Source: a virus
Lineage: Duplodnaviria > Caudoviricetes
Virus record (IMG/VR): IMGVR_UViG_3300032225_002469
Coordinates: 1 to 46,868 of that record
Length of the DNA stretch: 46,868 nt
Reading direction: 5' to 3' (one strand)
The notes below the pieces were generated by a model. That model saw only the letters and a program-made list of their open reading frames with translations. It searched no databases and had not been told where the DNA came from. Position 1 is the first letter of the stretch. Each line of letters begins with the position of its first letter. Below, piece by piece: positions 45,412 through 46,868 of the stretch. The position numbers and the translations under genes were made by a program.

Positions 45412-46052
45412 CAGCTCATGTAATTAGGAGTTTGATTAAACGCATTTATTAACATTTGCGCCGCATCAAATGTAGGACCCGAGGTTGAAGAATAACCTAA
45501 CTTGTTCATGTAATTATTTAAAAAATCTTGATTTTCTAAATTTTGATTTACCAAAGAACGTGGAACAATGATGTACGTATCTGCGCCAGCTGGTGTTACC
45601 TGCTGGGGGGTAGTTGCTGCGGGCTGCGCCCCTGGCATCACATCGGTTAGTTTTCCGCTAGCATCTGTCGTGCGGCCCGTAAAGCCCCATTGCAATTGTT
45701 GCGGAGTTAATCCAGAAAGTTTGTCAATGGCTACATGCACATGAGTCTTGTGGCCTGGATCTCCAGGGCCAAGAACCTCGGTAAGACCAGGATCAGTTTT
45801 TGCTAATTGTTTTAAACGCCATCCTAATTCATTTGTTCGTTGTTGCCAGGGAATTGGTTTACCTCCTGGGTAAGCAGGCGCCACATCAACGTTTGTTGGG
45901 GCTGTGATATCAACTGCTTTACCAACATAATGGTAAGATTCAGGGGCATGCTTGCCGACATGCCCTGTACCAACATTAGGATTTTCTCCTACAACCCAAC
46001 CACCGTATTTCTGGGCGGCTTTACCAAAACCAACAACGTCAATGCCTGCCAT
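45411..46052 (-). CDS. Peptidase M15-like (LAS) zinc peptidase, probably virion-associated
   Basis: SYHYVGKAVD (SxHxxGxAxD) and HVHV (HxH). Confidence 0.7.
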   Translation of the reverse strand: MAGIDVVGFGKAAQKYGGWVVGENPNVGTGHVGKHAPESYHYVGKAVDITAPTNVDVAPAYPGGKPIPWQQRTNELGWRLKQLAKTDPGLTEVLGPGDPGHKTHVHVAIDKLSGLTPQQLQWGFTGRTTDASGKLTDVMPGAQPAATTPQQVTPAGADTYIIVPRSLVNQNLENQDFLNNYMNKLGYSSTSGPTFDAAQMLINAFNQTPNYMS

Positions 46053-46750
46053 TAGGAATAAAGTTCGGTATCAAAGTATTTTGGAGTTGCAAAAGCTATT
46101 TTTGTTAGTTCTTCAATAGGATTAATTCCCGTGTTAATTTGAGGGCTAGTTGCAATTCCAAATTTGTCATTAACAAAACCGGAAAGAAAATCGGCTGGGT
46201 CAGTGGCATTTTCTGATGAAAGGACTACGTATGTATCATTTTCTGGTGTAGGCTGTTGCTGCACTTGTGCTTGTGACTTACCAACAGAACTTATGCCTTT
46301 TTTTAACCGTTCAGAAAGCGTTTTGGCTAATCCTGGATTTGTTTGAAAATAAAAATTACCTTTAGGGTCGAACATGATGTCACCCTTTTGTTTATTTTGC
46401 AACAGCGCTTGACCTCGAAACTGCGTTGCACCCTGCCCCACTTGAAAACCTTGCGCCATTTGCATAGGGTCTTCTAGCATCTGCTCGACTTGTTTATAAC
46501 GGCTTCCATAAACTTTTTGTCCATATGCAGGGTCCGTAATTTGTTCTAATTTGTATGGATTGTTTGCAACAAATTGATTAGGTGCTTTTACAATTTGTGC
46601 AACATTACCCCCAGTTTTAAATTTGCGTGCAAGAACAGTCTGCAAGACACCTAAAGGATCCCTGCCAGGACCTGCTTCGCCTAATGCAGTAAAAATAGCT
46701 GCTGATTTTTCATGAGGCGTGAGACCTAAAATTTGACTGGTGGTGGGCAT
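46052..46750 (-). CDS. SleB/Hydrolase_2-like lytic transglycosylase, probably virion-associated
   Basis: TALGEAG (catalytic Glu), VLQTVLAR, IVKAPNQF, GATQF; likely start ATG 46750. Confidence 0.6.
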   Translation of the reverse strand: MPTTSQILGLTPHEKSAAIFTALGEAGPGRDPLGVLQTVLARKFKTGGNVAQIVKAPNQFVANNPYKLEQITDPAYGQKVYGSRYKQVEQMLEDPMQMAQGFQVGQGATQFRGQALLQNKQKGDIMFDPKGNFYFQTNPGLAKTLSERLKKGISSVGKSQAQVQQQPTPENDTYVVLSSENATDPADFLSGFVNDKFGIATSPQINTGINPIEELTKIAFATPKYFDTELYS

Positions 46751-46772
46751 GATCTGTCGAACCTCTGTTGCG

Positions 46773-46868
46773 TCAGCGGAAGTTATTTTCGAGCATAAGG
46801 CGAGTGCCAACAGCAACGTCGGCAGGCCCAGGAAGTGCTTGGATAAACTCAGCACCTTCCCGATTGAA
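46773..46868 (-). CDS. C-terminal end of a gene truncated by the window edge
   Basis: FNREGAEFIQALPGPADVAVGTRLMLENNFR*. Confidence 0.55.
   Translation of the reverse strand, partial: FNREGAEFIQALPGPADVAVGTRLMLENNFR

Noticed and set aside
1380-46346. Numerous short antisense or nested ORFs in the ORF track
   Set aside because: They are shadows of longer, motif-supported genes on the other strand or frame.
46751-46855. Signal-peptide-like extension on the SleB-like ORF
   Set aside because: It overlaps the C-terminus of an upstream gene in another frame (...GAEFIQALPGPADVAVGTR...); probably a frame artefact.
1-46868. Genome-wide stop-codon reassignment
   Set aside because: TGA, TAG and TAA all end recognisable full-length genes (polymerase, deaminase and SSB end in TGA at natural termini), and coding density under the standard code is high.
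1-46868. CRISPR array, rRNA, integrase or IS element
   Set aside because: No regularly spaced repeats and no recognisable motifs for these were seen.

Overview
The window is a fragment of a tailed dsDNA phage genome, most likely a cyanophage; the host inference rests on two NblA-like genes, a DUF5895-like gene, a prolyl-4-hydroxylase-like 2OG-Fe(II) oxygenase, speD and tRNA-Leu(UAA). Positions 1-13.5 kb are mostly + strand replication and nucleotide genes: the end of a family A DNA polymerase, dCMP deaminase, a two-OB-fold SSB, a PD-(D/E)XK exonuclease, a primase-helicase and homing endonucleases. From 13.6 kb onward the genes are mostly - strand virion, tail and lysis genes, interrupted by a + strand block (17.3-26.7 kb) that follows an inverted-repeat, origin-like intergenic region. 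The most notable observations are: (1) a 70-nt CCA-ending tRNA-like RNA with a UCA (opal-reading) anticodon and no D-stem; (2) four full-length ORFs with substituted catalytic residues (two His-Me nucleases, a Dam-like methyltransferase and a GH24 lysozyme); (3) two divergent NblA-like paralogs; (4) an unannotated 44-aa mimic of a type IV pilin N-terminus; (5) nucleotide-conserved junction repeats shared by two tail-fibre genes. All family assignments come from motif recognition by eye; no database search was run.
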